The position numbers and the translations under genes are program-made. From Laetmonice hystrix (taxonomy: Eukaryota): DNA of 64,000 nt. Position 1 is the first letter of the stretch. The number at the start of each line of letters is the position of its first letter. Shown here in pieces: positions 49,801 to 63,290 of this stretch. The stretch is from positions 14,694,001 through 14,758,000 of the forward strand of contig OZ249439.1 in assembly GCA_965235115.1 (NCBI GenBank). Reading direction: 5' to 3'. The notes under the pieces are model-generated. The model did not search any database, had not been told where the DNA came from, and saw only the letters and a list, made by a program, of their open reading frames with translations.

Positions 49801-52800
49801 GAGACTATAACCTGTCAAGTATGTAGTGTGATGAGATAGGTTATAAAGAAGAGAGATCATGTAGTCTTTCTCCATACAAAGGGTTCGTCTGATAACCTCT
49901 TATAAGTAAAGAGATTGTAGAATCGAAATAGATTTGATTCCAGCAACCAATTGTTCCGTTGAAAAATCACCCAAGACTATGAGACACAGAAAGCTTTCCA
50001 TGCAAACACCGAATTGATAACACCACATGGTAAAACACGGGGGAACTTCTGTAACTGTATCCTTATAGAAATCGGGCAGTTTGTATAAATCATACTATCA
50101 TTTATTCAGATTCTATATTCAGAGCGATGGGTAAGTGTCCAATACAATAGGACTATGGGCGTCAATTCCTAAGATTGCAGTGATGCTAAGACGGACCCAC
50201 AAGGAAATCTGTATATCCGAATAGCCAGTGTCAAAGCCAGCCTGGTAAAGTTAGGTTCTGTTAAGCTTGGGCCTTTTTCAATAGTGATACTTGGTGTAGA
50301 GGAAGTGGTCGGTTCTCCATTTACTCAAACAGAATAATGTTGGTCTATCTGCGAAATTCGAGGCTCCCGTGAGAGTCATTACAGATTTCCCTTTCAAATT
50401 TGGATTAGAAGAGACAGCAATCGTAGCCAAAAGAACGGCGTTGTATAGTGTTTCTAAATTCCCCTCGAGAGCCCAGAAAGAAAATGACAGATACTCCCGA
50501 CCGTCCGTGCCATTAGACAGTTCTCGACCAGTTCCGACACACATCTTGAGAATTCGAATGAAACCGGTTCGGTACAGAAGGGTATGAAGTAGTAGCCGGC
50601 ACAAAATAGATGTAGCGCTCCCCCTAACAATAATAAATTAGCAACTGTCCCCGTCTCGAGACTCTGGAAGGGTGAACCTCTGTCTCACGAGTAATTTTTC
50701 TTGGAAGGGAGGGGGGGGGGGCTTGATCGGGTCTATTTTACTTTTTTCTCAAATAGAGGTCAGCCTTACGATTAAGCATGGCCGCCCAAATGAACAGGTC
50801 TGGAACTCCAGTGTAGCAGGCAATGGTATTCCGTCCTACAAGAATGGTTATTGTAGCACAGTCTAACCTTTTCTGGTTTCCCCCATAAAATTGTCTGAAT
50901 TGCCCGCCCCACGTTGACTCGCCTAAGTAAATTATATCCCTGAACCCTGACCCTCCCCCTTCACCAAAATGCTGAATCCGCCCCTGTATGTGTGTCGTAC
51001 ACATTCAGATATTGTAACCCTTGCGGTTCCAGCCACAGAAGATTATGTCCTTTCGAAGTGCAATCTGTGTCGTCATTGTTGAGGCGAATTTCGTCAGCCA
51101 ATCATTGTAAGCGATAATCAGAGCAGTTCACTGTGGAACATGATTTGCTCAGAGGGCGTCGAGTAAATTCACCCTTTAGCACATGCGCGCGATTCATATC
51201 CGTACTGTTCCGGTAATTGACCTGTTAAGTATAATTCGGGATGTTTTGGGGGTAATTTTCTCATTGAATGTCCGGAATTTGGCGAGGAAGGGGTTGGCTC
51301 TCAGGCATAGGGAATCAGATTTCCCTCGTGTCCAAGTAGGGCCAACTGTTTGGAAGGGAAAGACCAATTATATAGGCTATACTCACGTGCCACTTGGAAA
51401 CATACAACAAAGATTCCAACGGTAATAATTTAGCTGCAATCAAAGTTTGACTTAAAGTTTCTCTTGCTGGCCCCTTCCTACGGAATCCGTTAAGGGAGTT
51501 GTCGATATACGGAACCGCTGGAAAATAGATCTAATATATCTTCTCATATGTCACAGGTATCTCACGCCGATAATCCCAACACGTGCGATAGTAATATATA
51601 CAAATTACGAGAGAATGCAACCAGATTTAAATAACTCATCTCAAACAGAACGGACGAAGTTGCATGTGTTGGGGGAGGGGCGGACAGCGTAGAGATGAAC
51701 GTGTCGAGAATGACAGATGGATGAAACCTCTTTTACATACTTATGGCAGATGGCGCCACTGTTAAAAGAAATTTTCCCTGCAGGATTCTTCATGTAGCCG
51801 ATTGGTTTAGCGAGTTTTCCGCACACTTAGATAAAACACGCTCTGTTATCGACAAGTATGAACCCCACAGACCATCCTGCCAACCCTGAGTGAGATATAT
51901 AGCTCTCAGTGGATAAAGTAGGAAGTCCCCCCGTCTAGACGTACTAAAATTAACAGATCCAGTCAGACCACTTGGGCAGCTATCAGCTACCCGTTCATTA
52001 TTAAACGGCCGGGGAGGCGGGGGGGGGGGGAGGGGGTTACCAGGGTGTAGAACCCTTCATTGTCGTCCCATGCAGGATGACATTCCAGATGATCCTAGCC
52101 CTGGTTTGGCTCCTAGTTCACCATGAAGCCAGGAGGTGGAACGTTGTTATATGCTTGTATTGACCATCGGTCAGTCCGGACCCAAGGGGTGCGTAAGGGT
52201 GTGCGTGGGGGTGTGTGGAAGTAGTGGGATCCCTGCCCAGCCTCAGCTCCTCCCCCCCCCCCCCCACCACCCTCCCCCAAGGTTCTCCGGCATTAGTACT
52301 CGCCCTCCCGCGGCGTCAGGGCGATGCATGGGTGCAGCGACCCGACCTCACCTTATGACGCCACAAACCGTCATAATGATCCTTTCCCGCTTCTTTCCTC
52401 TTTCCCTTCTTCTTCTGATCGCATCCTCTCTGAACAGTTCCAGGCTCAGGAATTGCCAGGCATTCAATCCTTGCTCCATATGCTGGAACGGAGCGCTCTA
52501 TAATAGTTCGGCCACTCTGTCTGCCCTAAGATACGTGCAGCTGATAAGCCGGGTGGATCACTGAGATACAGAAACTTCACAGGGCAAAAGGACAATGGGA
52601 TATCTTTACATGCTGGTCGTCGCAGATTAAAAACAGTTAATCCGACGCGACCTGGCTAATCTCAGCACTTTGTTTGACTTTTGTTTCAGTTACCTGCCTT
52701 AGAAACACTGGGAAAGTGAAGGAACTAGTTTCTGAACAACACCTGCATTACTTGGAACATGTGAGGCACTTCGGCCAAGTATTTCGATTCTATCAGGTTA

Positions 52801-52954
52801 ACCACAGAAATACAAGTGAAGGCCTCACCTGGCACGGGCAATTATTGACATTCCAGGTGGGACATGGCTAACTTTACCCCATAGTCCAGGGTGGTACTAT
52901 CATCGCCTCACACCGGGACAGCCGTATTGACCGAAATTGCACCGAGCCATTTGA

Positions 52955-53065
52955 AGCGCCAGGTGAGATGGCGGCGCCTGTCAGTGTCCGTGTCGCCGCT
53001 GGAGTTTTCGCTTCCTGTGTGGTAGCGCGGTTATCTCTTTGATTAGCTCTGTCTTGTTTCACCAA
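52955..53065 (+). promoter_or_regulatory. Probable 5' UTR/proximal promoter of the GABA receptor gene, with a YY1-like motif and a uORF
   Basis: GC/CpG-rich; agatggcggc at 52966-52975 resembles the YY1 consensus; its ATG (52968) opens a 24-codon uORF ending at TGA 53040-53042. Confidence 0.4.
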
Positions 53066-53321
53066 ATGCGGGATGCCAGTGGTAACGGAGGCGCGGCGCT
53101 CGGACCTAGCGCCCCGACGTGCCGTGGCGGGCGGCGCGTGGCCGTCGGCGGCGGCGGATGGCCTGTCGTTCAACAAACAGATCTGACGTTGTTTATCGTG
53201 TTGGTTTACAGCGCTGCGTGCACGAGCAACACGACGGCTGTCACCGCTCACAGTAACATCACGTCTATCCTCAACAACCTGCTCTCTGGATACGACAGCA
53301 GGCTCAGGCCAGGCTATGGCG
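53066..53321 (+). CDS. Cys-loop GABA-A/Grd-like receptor subunit, coding exon 1
   Basis: First in-frame ATG after an upstream stop; hydrophobic LTLFIVLVYSAAC, then NITSILNNLLSGYDSRLRPGYG (family motif L..YD.RLRP); phase-1 donor G|gtacgt. Confidence 0.9.
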
Positions 53322-53373
53322 GTACGTACCCAAACTTATCTCTCCAATCATGCTTCATTCTTGTCACTGATCC

Positions 53374-53523
53374 AACGGGCCGTTCAAAAATCACCAAACG
53401 GGCCGTTCAAAAATCACAAAACGCCCGATGGGGCGTCGGGAGGGGGGGGGGGGGTCGATCCCAGGCGTACCTACCATTAAGGCAAAGGGGGCATGCTTGA
53501 AGTAATTTTTGGACGGCCCTCTT
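53374..53523. repeat. Small inverted-repeat element with a duplicated left arm in intron 1
   Basis: aacgggccgttcaaaaatca x2 (53374, 53397) vs taatttttggacggccct (53503-53520). Confidence 0.55.
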
Positions 53524-55278
53524 TATTAGCAATATTGAATTGAGATAAGACCCCTCCCACAGCTTCCCTCGCGAGGCGGACGGTTGCCTGCGGGTATCCC
53601 CTTGAGCAACCCATGACACCCCAACCATTCTTACAACCATTATCCAGCAATTTCCGGCTCCTAACGGACAGCTCCACCAAACAACTCCTCTCGGCTCCTC
53701 CTTCACTGCAGGAAATATCCGACAATAGATGTGTGAACGTCATGATCTTGCTCAAGTCATTCGATCGGCTGACTTTGAATTGAGGACAATGAATTCGTAA
53801 AACTACTGACCCTGGTGAAGTAATTGGCCGATCCGACTTGCATTCCGAAATGTATTTCCTCTACTCCGCGTGTTTCACGAAACATATGGCAGGCAATTTG
53901 ACTTTGATCAATGTCATTCCATGTAATGTGTGGCTTAACAACACAGATCCTAACGAATTGCCTGGTTCTCCCTACAAACTTCTCCTGCTACAACTGTCAA
54001 TCAACCTGTGATATCAATGAGGATGGAGTGATTGCATTCATGTTGTAACTTTATTTCAAGAAGACCATCCCTTTGCCAGAATATAAGCCAATAGAATAAT
54101 TCATAGGTCTTGGGGATTGAGTTGGAGTGTCACGTCTAATGAGTTGAGACAAGTCAGTAATACGTGGTGATGGTATTAAATATTTGCACATTAATTAAGC
54201 AATTAACCATTAGCTGCACATTTCAAAGTTTGAACCTATACACTGTCAGGCGACAGTGGCAGCCCAATGCTGGCCTTATCTCTACATGGCGTTAGGACGA
54301 TAATATGGTCCAGAAGACAGTCCACTGCTGGGAAGCGTGCCTTAAATATCTTATATGGGCGCCCAAGATTACAATCTCCCAATCTAAACATGCTTCTACA
54401 ATGAATTTTCAATTCCTTTAACACGAGTCAATCACCACAGTACTCTCACGTTCTGAAGCCAAAATCGATTCCAGTGCATGTACCCTGACAGTGGCATGAT
54501 GTCGAACAAAATGGATTACAGTGGGTCCACTTGTCCGAGGACCTTTCGGCACCTCCTTAAGTAATAACTGAGGCTGGAAACCCGGCCCTGGGTGTCAACA
54601 TGTGCGGTCATAGGGCCACACCACAAGGACAATTGTGTGTAGGTCTTCGGGATTACCGACGTGTAGGCGTCACAGAGGAACCAACTATTAAAGGACAGGC
54701 GAATTCAGTCAACATTTTATTTAGGTCCAGCTTTTTCTATGTTTAAAAATAAAGAAAACTAAGAATGTACGACCTAATTAATAATTACTGAGTCTTTAAA
54801 CAATGTCACGAAGACGACATGAGGGTTGTTAGAATAGTGGTTACGTCAATACCTCCAACACGGGTGTCACAGTAATGACCAATCTGTCTGGCAGCTGTTG
54901 ACCTCCCCCCATACAGTTTACACCCCGGAACTTCCGCTCAGTTTACTGTCTGGTAAAAAATGAGGAGTGAACTCCGCCTTCCTCTCGCCGGCAACCAGAC
55001 CTCAACTTGCACGCATGAACTTTAAGTGGCTTGATGGCATTTTGGGGTTCAACATGGGAGTATGGCGTAGGGGTTTCATCTTCTTCCGGTACTGCTTTTC
55101 TAATTCTTTTTCCATTTTTCCCCATTTAACCTTCTAAACGGAAACCAGATGTTACAAAGCTGGAACCCGACCAGATATGCATCAATATGCCATTTGGTGG
55201 CGATGTTCCACGGATAAAATGTTGGACAAACTTGTCCGGTGTGCCGGGAGGTGGCGGAATAAGTGTATAGTGGTTGTA

Positions 55279-55719
55279 GAACAATGTCCCAGAGTGATGT
55301 TCAGTGAACAATGTCCCAGAGTGATGTTCAGTGAACAATGTCCCAGAGTGATGTTCAGTGAACAATGTCCCAGAGTGATGTTTAGTGAACAATGTCTCAG
55401 AGTGATGTTCAGTGAACAATGTCCCAGAGTGATGTTCAGTGAACAATGTCCCAGAGTGATGTTCTGTGGACAGTGTCCCAGAGTGATGTTCAGTGGACAG
55501 TGTCACAGAGTGATGTTCAGTGAACAATGTCCCAGAGTGATGTTCTGTGGACAGTGTCACAGAGTGATGTTCAGTGAACAATGTCCCAGAGTGATGTTCA
55601 GTGAACAATGTCCCAGAGTGATGTTCAGTGAACAATGTCCCAGAGTGATGTTCAGTGAACAATGTCCCAGAGTGATGTTCAGTGAACAATGTCCCAGAGT
55701 GATGTTCAGTGAACAATGT
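55279..55719. repeat. 27-bp minisatellite, ~16 copies, in intron 1
   Basis: Unit gaacaatgtcccagagtgatgttcagt; it produces the repetitive ORFs 55177-55941 (+) and 55126-55716 (-). Confidence 0.95.
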
Positions 55720-56098
55720 ACCGTGGTATTAATCATGGTTTTTTATATACACCTCTTTCATCTGGACCTCAAACCCTTACATATCGGACCAGACATGAGG
55801 GCTGAGGCATTACCAATGTTTCGGACCAGTGGGCTCTGGAAACGATTAGAGATAGCACCATCGCCTTGCCAGACAGTTTACCTGCCATACATGGACTTCA
55901 CGATTTATTTATTGTTACACCTAAATTCACTAAAGGCATAAAGGGACTGATGTTAACATTTACCTATCAGAACATCATCTTTTTTATTGACAGCCAAGCG
56001 TATGTAGTTCCGCTGGGCCTTTTTTCTTATTATGTTGTAATAATACTAGCGGCGGGACAGTGCTGTTATTTTATGAGTCTCCATTTTTTTATGAACAG

Positions 56099-56166
56099 GA
56101 TCGGCGACCATCATATTGACAGACATGAACATCCGAAGCATGGGGCCCATATCCGAGGTGGACATG
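56099..56166 (+). CDS. GABA-A/Grd-like receptor, coding exon 2 (68 bp)
   Basis: tttttttatgaacag|GA...ATG|gtgagt; encodes (G)SATIILTDMNIRSMGPISEVDM, in frame with exon 1; matches the conserved short exon of this family. Confidence 0.95.
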
Positions 56167-59100
56167 GTGAGTGTCATAAATACATAAAGGCGGGAGTCGA
56201 TCCGGGCGAGGGACAGGTGTAATATCCATACAGGCAGCTCGTTTCGGCACAGCTGAGGCTGTGGTGAATTCGATATTTCAACCGACTGGCGTTTATTTCC
56301 TGCTGACATGGTGTGACATGTTCTTCGCTGGCCGACAGATTAAGATGATGTTTGTAGAGAGTTCAATTTATCACACGTATTTCAATGTCGAGCGGCCCTT
56401 TTATCTTGATACGCCTGCACAGTCGCGTTAACACGGGTTGGCAGCAAGGCGACCCTTTTTACCCTATACGTCAAAATAGACAGATGATAAGGGGAGTCGG
56501 CCTGGAGTCATAGCTAAAATCTCAGGCTACGTTGTAAGCCTTTACTCAAATTTAGATTTTAAAGGAAAAAGTACATCCTCCCAGCTCAGTATTTACACAG
56601 ATATCGAGTCATGTCTTAACTTTGGTTAAATATGGGAAACGTTATGATATACTTTACACGAGTAAGTCTGATGTACCTAGTTCAAGAGTTAATGATTGTG
56701 AGTAGAAGTGAGGTAAAACTATATCAGTAAGCTCCGTCCCGATACCTGTAAACCTCGTCATGGGTATTTAAACAGTGTTCTACGTCAATACTATTATTAT
56801 AGACTTGTTTATCTGTTCTTGTCAAACTTGTTCTTTGAATAGGACAAGTCTTCTCAAGGAGTACGCGTACGGACCTTAGCATAGGTTTGCTACTATTTTG
56901 GAGAGCAGATGACGGGGGGAAAAGAACTCGATTTATTTCTTTCATATAGCATATCTACGTTAAACAAGTTGTGCTGCACTCCCCTCTGCCGAGATCCCAC
57001 ATTCCAGCAGCGGTCAGTGTTAGCAAATTGTCCCTGGAGGAAGTCAGATGAGCGCTTTTAAGCCGATACCCACCAAGTGGAAAGGTGCAGCTTTATCCGC
57101 CACAAGAGAGGCCTCGATAGTTGTCATCCACTTCGACGTTTCCATTATAAACGTTTCCCTCTAAGCCAGACTTTCGTTGGCAGAGACTATTTCCATGACA
57201 TTCGTGCGATTCCCGAGCTCCAGCAGATTTTTCTATCCTCAAAATGTGACACCTCACAGATATGAAATGATCGATCCCGGCATTTATAAAGAAACAAGAA
57301 TTACTATCGTGCTGCTAGCTCCCGCTGCCTTTGACATTGCTACACAGCTCGGTCCAATCCTATTTTGCTTGAATTAGTCAAACCAACGCCAATTCTGGCA
57401 GCGTAAGCTGGCCAAGAGAAGTATGGCTAATCTTGTCTGGCTGCTGGACGGTCTGCGACCTTCAATCAGCAGAGAGAGTATGACCAACACAGCACTGGGC
57501 AAGCTTAATTCCGATTACAACTGGGACCAGACGGATCTCACTATGATTGGGCGTCATCAAACGTCATCCTCCTCTTGAGTAACACAGTCATGTAATATGA
57601 TTTCTAGATTGTGTTTATATTATTATCGCCACTGTCCATGTTGTTGAGGTGAGGCATAACGACATATTACCTCTCATTCAGATCCCAAGGTTGAATGTTT
57701 CAATGGTACGTTTTGTGTTGTCGGGAGTCGGGAAAGGAGAGCATGTGTTGTCGGATAGAAATCTCCAGTAACGTCCTGAGTTACGACCGCCAGCCGAGTT
57801 CCTTATCTTTCTCACTGGCGCTAGAGCGTAATTTTCCAATGTGCCCCTCGGGACGTGGCCTATCTACAATATTGTACTATTGGGGGCCGTAACCTGACCG
57901 TCCCCAGTCTGTCAGTAATTTACCTCGCCCCACCTAGGTCCGAAATGTCACAACGGTTAATGCGTTCGAATTAGAGAAATGACAATTGCATGAGCAGTTT
58001 GAGATAGTTCTGGATGAGACTATAGACCGAAACAAAGGGAGGGCGAATTTGAGGGTCAAGCGCCCCCCCCCCCACCTTTAGAAAGACAGAAATATTTCAG
58101 ATATGTTCCAAACCTTTTGAAAAATCTGCTTGAATGCCATTATGTTTTTAAAGATTTCTTTTTTCATCTGTCCCCTTACTTTGCACGATCAATGTATGTT
58201 CGTGTATGTGTACACGTGTCTGAGTATCTAAAATAACCAGTGTGAAGAATAGTGTGGACCAATAGAGGACAGATGACAGATTGGAGCCGATAATCCCCAC
58301 CGTCAGCGACTCGATATGTCTGGGGTTAGGTAATATAGAGTCTGTACGCAGAGATCGAGATACCATAAAGCATCATTCGTTCAATCGACTCCATTTATTG
58401 ACAGATTGAGAGGACGTACATGGTCGTTACACGCAACCTTTCAGTTGGCAAGGGGTCATTGCTCCTACTCTGTATGCACAATTCTTATCATTGAATAACA
58501 AACTGTCCAACTTGGGACAACTTTATATGGAAGAGTGTCTACTGCTACCGCATGGCTCAATGAGTCTGGTCCATTGATAATTAGTCTAACTGTCAATTCA
58601 GACTCGTGGTGTGTGAAATGAGTAGTTTTATGGAATACACATTGAAAGTCTTACTCTTTTTTTCTTTTTCTTTCTTCCCCATTTATCATTTGCCAGCAGT
58701 GACTATGTCCAATAGATTACAAAACAGATCAAATCCCCTCGCACATCGTGCCATAAAAGTGGGACTTGAAAAACCAAATGCTATAAAAAAAGATAAAATG
58801 AATTAATCCTTTGGGAAAGGGCCACACCGTGGAGTCTATAAACATCAAAGATTGACCAGTTTGTAAAAACAAGCCTGGTGATTTGGATAAGAAGCGGAAA
58901 TCTATAATGTTTCGTACGGAACTTTAGGGACATAATACCTGCTCTCCTAAGGACGGAAAAACGGGGGAGTCATGATGGTGTCCACACATCAATTTATTCC
59001 TCGCCCTCAAAATGTTCGGAAAAGCTTATAACGTGGGTTTACTCGATATCATTTAGGTACACTTTATTTCGACATAATCACCCTTAATACTCGTTAAAAC

Positions 59101-59355
59101 TAGTGTTCTTCGATAGAACCTTCCTACCTTCTAGGTGCTGAGACGTTCTGTTATATAACCTTATAAATTACCTTACACGATTAAATCAATACACCTTGTA
59201 GTCTGCTCCTAGCTGCACATCATTAAGGCAGTGTTCTTCGAATATGATAAATGTCGCCGTTGTCGGGATATAAGCAGGGTCAGGTTCCGGCACTTTGTAT
59301 TCGGCGCGAAGGTCGTTGCAGCACTGCGCACTGATTCTCTCCAAACCACCGGACG

Positions 59356-59370
59356 AGCGCCCCCTGGTGG
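59356..59370 (-). promoter_or_regulatory. CTCF motif, full consensus match, in intron 2
   Basis: Reverse complement ccaccagggggcgct. Confidence 0.55.
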
Positions 59371-60404
59371 AACGCAGGGGCCCGTACCGGAAGTGTGATG
59401 TTTGACAGCGTCCGTCGATTGGGTTTGTGTATTGACCGCACCGAGTACCCAGACCTAGCACGATTAACGTTAAAGTAAACGTTCTGGCTAATCGAAAGCC
59501 TCAGTTGTGGGACCTAGAGCCATTCCGTCTGCAAAATACTGCATTTCACAATTCAAAAGGCAATTGCTCTTCTTCATTTGTATTCACGTTTTATTATGTA
59601 TGCACATAATTCACAGAAGAACCTTTGATGTTATGCGTGGCTGTCTTCAGGGAAATTAAGAATCGGAGATTTACCATAGTGTTGTCGTATACCTTCTATA
59701 TTATTAGAATTCCAGATGAGTCCTTTGTTCTTTCGGCCAGGGTTCCGAATCTCTCTATTTCTGAGATTAGGCATCCATGTCGACAGTATGACCTTTGAAG
59801 GTAGCCAGTCTGGAACAATCTAGAACCCCTTTTCAGATCAGAAATATTTATGAGGTGCTCCCTCATGCACTGAAACATACGTTTAGCATTGGCATCGGCA
59901 ACTCTTACTTGATACAAACGCAATCATTCCACATTGCCCATTGGCACAACACTGTCTTACCATAGTGTTTGAGCACCTTTTTTTTGAGATGTCAACGTAT
60001 TTGAACAACTTGCAGTAGAGCTCCTACATGGTCTGCAGGTTAACAGAAATATACGCTGGGCCGTCACCCGCTGTGCCTGAGCGGATGTTGAGGGGAAACA
60101 CTTTCATCGCTTTTTATCAGGGGAAATGCAATCGTCACTATAGTTTACCAACATGATATCTCGTACCATACCATAAAAGGCCGACAACCTCTTTCAGGAA
60201 TGACTTGGTATATAAGTCTAAACAAGTTTGTGCCATTAGGAATACTAACCATGCAGGTTCGGTTTGACTGCTAAACGTTGTTCTGCTTGGTCTATACCGC
60301 GAACTCAGGGGTGTCTATGTGTAAGATAGACCGTCTTATAGCTGTTCGTTTCCTTCTCCTTTCACTCCGTATAGCGTTTTCTCATTCTCTACCTCCGCCG
60401 ACAG

Positions 60405-60625
60405 TCCTACTCGATGGATGCGTACTTCCGACAGACCTGGAGTGACAAACGTTTGCAGTTTGCGGGTCCCATGGATACTATGGCTGTACACATCAAGATG
60501 CTGGATTTGATCTGGAAACCGGACACCTATTTCTACAACGGCCGCGGTTCCTATCTCCATACCACTACCACTCCGAATAAACTTCTCCGAATTAAGCAAG
60601 ACGGTACGGTGTTGTACTCAATGAG
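60405..60625 (+). CDS. GABA-A/Grd-like receptor, coding exon 3 (221 bp; loops D, A and E)
   Basis: ccgacag|TCC...ATGAG|gtaaga; encodes SYSMDAYFRQTWSDKRL...IWKPDTYFYNGRGSYLHTTTTPNKLLRIKQDGTVLYSMR. Confidence 0.97.
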
Positions 60626-62055
60626 GTAAGATTTGCGGGTTCAACGCACGCATATTTACTTAGCATTTGCTTTGTAGCCTATACCACTATCGTTTGATGG
60701 ATCTTTTATTTAATTCAGTTTCATTTCCTGCTATTTAATGGTAAATGTAGTAATGTTCGTTGCTGATTTTCACCCGAGTTTATACTCCTATTTTTTCTCG
60801 GTGTTTTTTCCCATGTTACTGGCAGTTTGTGATTCCGATAGTGCGTATAGATCTGATAAAATATATACTCTTTTCTCCCTATTGATACAAAGCATGCCTT
60901 TTGGAAATTGCAAGTGGTCTTGCTGCTTTAACACCTCCGATAAGGCTGTCCTGAACTGTTCCGCTGCAACATTTTTTTTTTTACAAATCTCTTATATCGA
61001 ACCTATTTCGTATAACTCAACTCAGTTGATATATCTGTGCATGAGAATCAACTCAGATACAATACATGGTATGTGATCGATGACAATCATGCATACTGAT
61101 CTCATCTAGATTGCTATTGAAGGATATCTGTATACATTGGTCTGTGAATAACGTCACTGAATTCACCCGGATTTTCACTATAGACAGCTTTGTTTTACAC
61201 GTATATAATATCAGATGGCCCATCTTGTTTCAATGTTTCTTATGTTACGTATAAATTACACCAAGGTGAACGGTTGGAGAAAAAAAGATATAAACTGATT
61301 TATTGTTTTCGCAAGCGAGATATTTACCATTTACCAAACTCGATTTTGTGCCTCATTTTTGACGATAGACATAGATCCATTGATCTACTAATGTAAAATG
61401 TGGCTGCCAGGTAATCAGCGTACTTCAGTACAACCCATTCTATGTCATTTGCCAATTGAAGAAATGACTAATGATTTCAAGAATAAATTCCTTCAGTAGA
61501 TGCGACGGTTTAGATGGATTAGCTAATCTAAATAGTAAATTACGATCAAGGAAAGATGAATGTATTTCTACATCCTCGGTTTTACGTATGGAGAGTAGAG
61601 CATGTGGCATATTTACATCGTTCACAAGGAAGCTACTTAAACCAGTACTTTGTCCCGATTATACACCCTGGTCCTATGGTAAACATCGATACAATGTATA
61701 AATTAACAATTCGCACTAATAAGAAAATATGACAACCTTGAATACCTGAGATATCCGCCACAATACTTTTGTGTAGAATCTCACTACTTCATCGATGCCG
61801 CCATTGAATCTCGCCCCCTGCCACACCCCCACCGCTCAACCAATCAGGTGGCATTCTTTAATCGGAACTGGAAAGTTCGTGACGTCACCGGGGTCAGAAA
61901 AAGTGGTCAAAACATCGCGAAGTAGCGCCTCGAGCTCACTCCTCGACCTTATCAGTCATTATTAGGCACACTACAATTTATTAACACACAAAACGAGACG
62001 CAGTGACAACTATTTCCTTGTGACTAAGGACATTCGTCGCCAACATACACGGATA

Positions 62056-62270
62056 ATGCCTACTTGTGCAGCAGTGGGATGTACAGCCAGGTCTGGGCCG
62101 GGGGCAAGGCAGCAGCTGGAACGCTCCTTTCACGGGGGTTCTTTGAAACAACCGGACTTGCTAAAACAGCAAAATACAATGTATGAGAATGAAGGAATTT
62201 GTTCCCACTCAACATTCTCGGCTATGTTTGGCACCTTTTCTGGACGGATGTTTCGAGGAGGACTTAAAAA
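62056..62270 (+). pseudogene. Decayed THAP zinc-finger fragment (DNA-transposon derived) in intron 3
   Basis: MPTCAAVGC...SFH...LKQPDLLKQ then, after a frameshift, MRMKEFVPTQHSRLCLAPFLDGCFEEDL. THAP C-x4-C, FH and RLC..HF..CFE pattern with the His and Trp lost. Confidence 0.6.
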
Positions 62271-63207
62271 CGTGGGTTTGCTGGAGAGTGTGCTGACCTC
62301 AGTGACGTCACGCTCTGCACAGTAATGGCGCTACTCGGATACCATCAAAACTGCGACAGAAAATTGGTCCAAACTTTCTCCAGAATTTTCAATTGGAAAC
62401 TTTACCAGTCCGTTCTCAATATCATGACCAATGATCCCAGGTATAAGTAATATTCGGCAAAATCCTGATTTAAGGGTTCGAATAAACGCATAAATAAACA
62501 TGATAATTAATGGACACAAGTGACTGTGCTCAGACTTAAAGAGATTATAGAAAATATATCCATCAATACAATAAAATTTTGGAATAAATTTCCGATATAA
62601 AGCTGATAACAGTATTTTGGACCTCTCGTTGAACCATCTACAAAACCTGATAGAATCGGGACCGTCTGACGATTCCATGTAAGATATATCAAACAAAGCG
62701 TATGGCTGAGGTTGATGTCTTGTGTTTCTTATAGAGGCTGACTAGGCGGATGACAATGTTCAGAATATAGTCTATTCCTGATATCACACGATCCACCTTG
62801 AACACCTGCCCCTGAAGCCACGGATCAGTCCAGACATCTCTCAGCAGGGGGGCGGTTGCTGTCGTTGACAATAGCATCCAAACCCAATATCAGAAATATG
62901 TCTTGGACATATGTGCTGCCATGTCGACCAAACACCTCTACAAGTGTCCCCCACCGTTAGGCCTGTTTTAGGTGTGAAGTTACCGACCGCTATTGTATTA
63001 TCACCTATAGCCTGATCGTAGCATCTAATGTCTTCAACACTTCCTCACGGATCATATTAACCGTTTGCTCCATTCATTGGTTCCATCATGCCGGTATGTT
63101 AGCCTCTATAGACTCTCTGTGGTGGACCTGCCCCTGTTCTCATCTGTTACTCTTGTATGACCACCTAACCAGTCTATCCAGAGTCTCATAGACTTATTTT
63201 ATTATAG

Positions 63208-63290
63208 GTTAACGATCAAAGCCAGCTGCCCAATGTATCTACACTACTTCCCCGTCGACGAACAGCACTGCCCATTACAGTTCGGCAGCT
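63208..63290 (+). CDS. GABA-A/Grd-like receptor, coding exon 4 (83 bp; signature Cys loop)
   Basis: ttttattatag|G...AGCT|gtaagt; encodes (R)LTIKASCPMYLHYFPVDEQHCPLQFGS with the C-x13-C loop; in frame with exon 3. Downstream exons lie outside the window. Confidence 0.97.
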
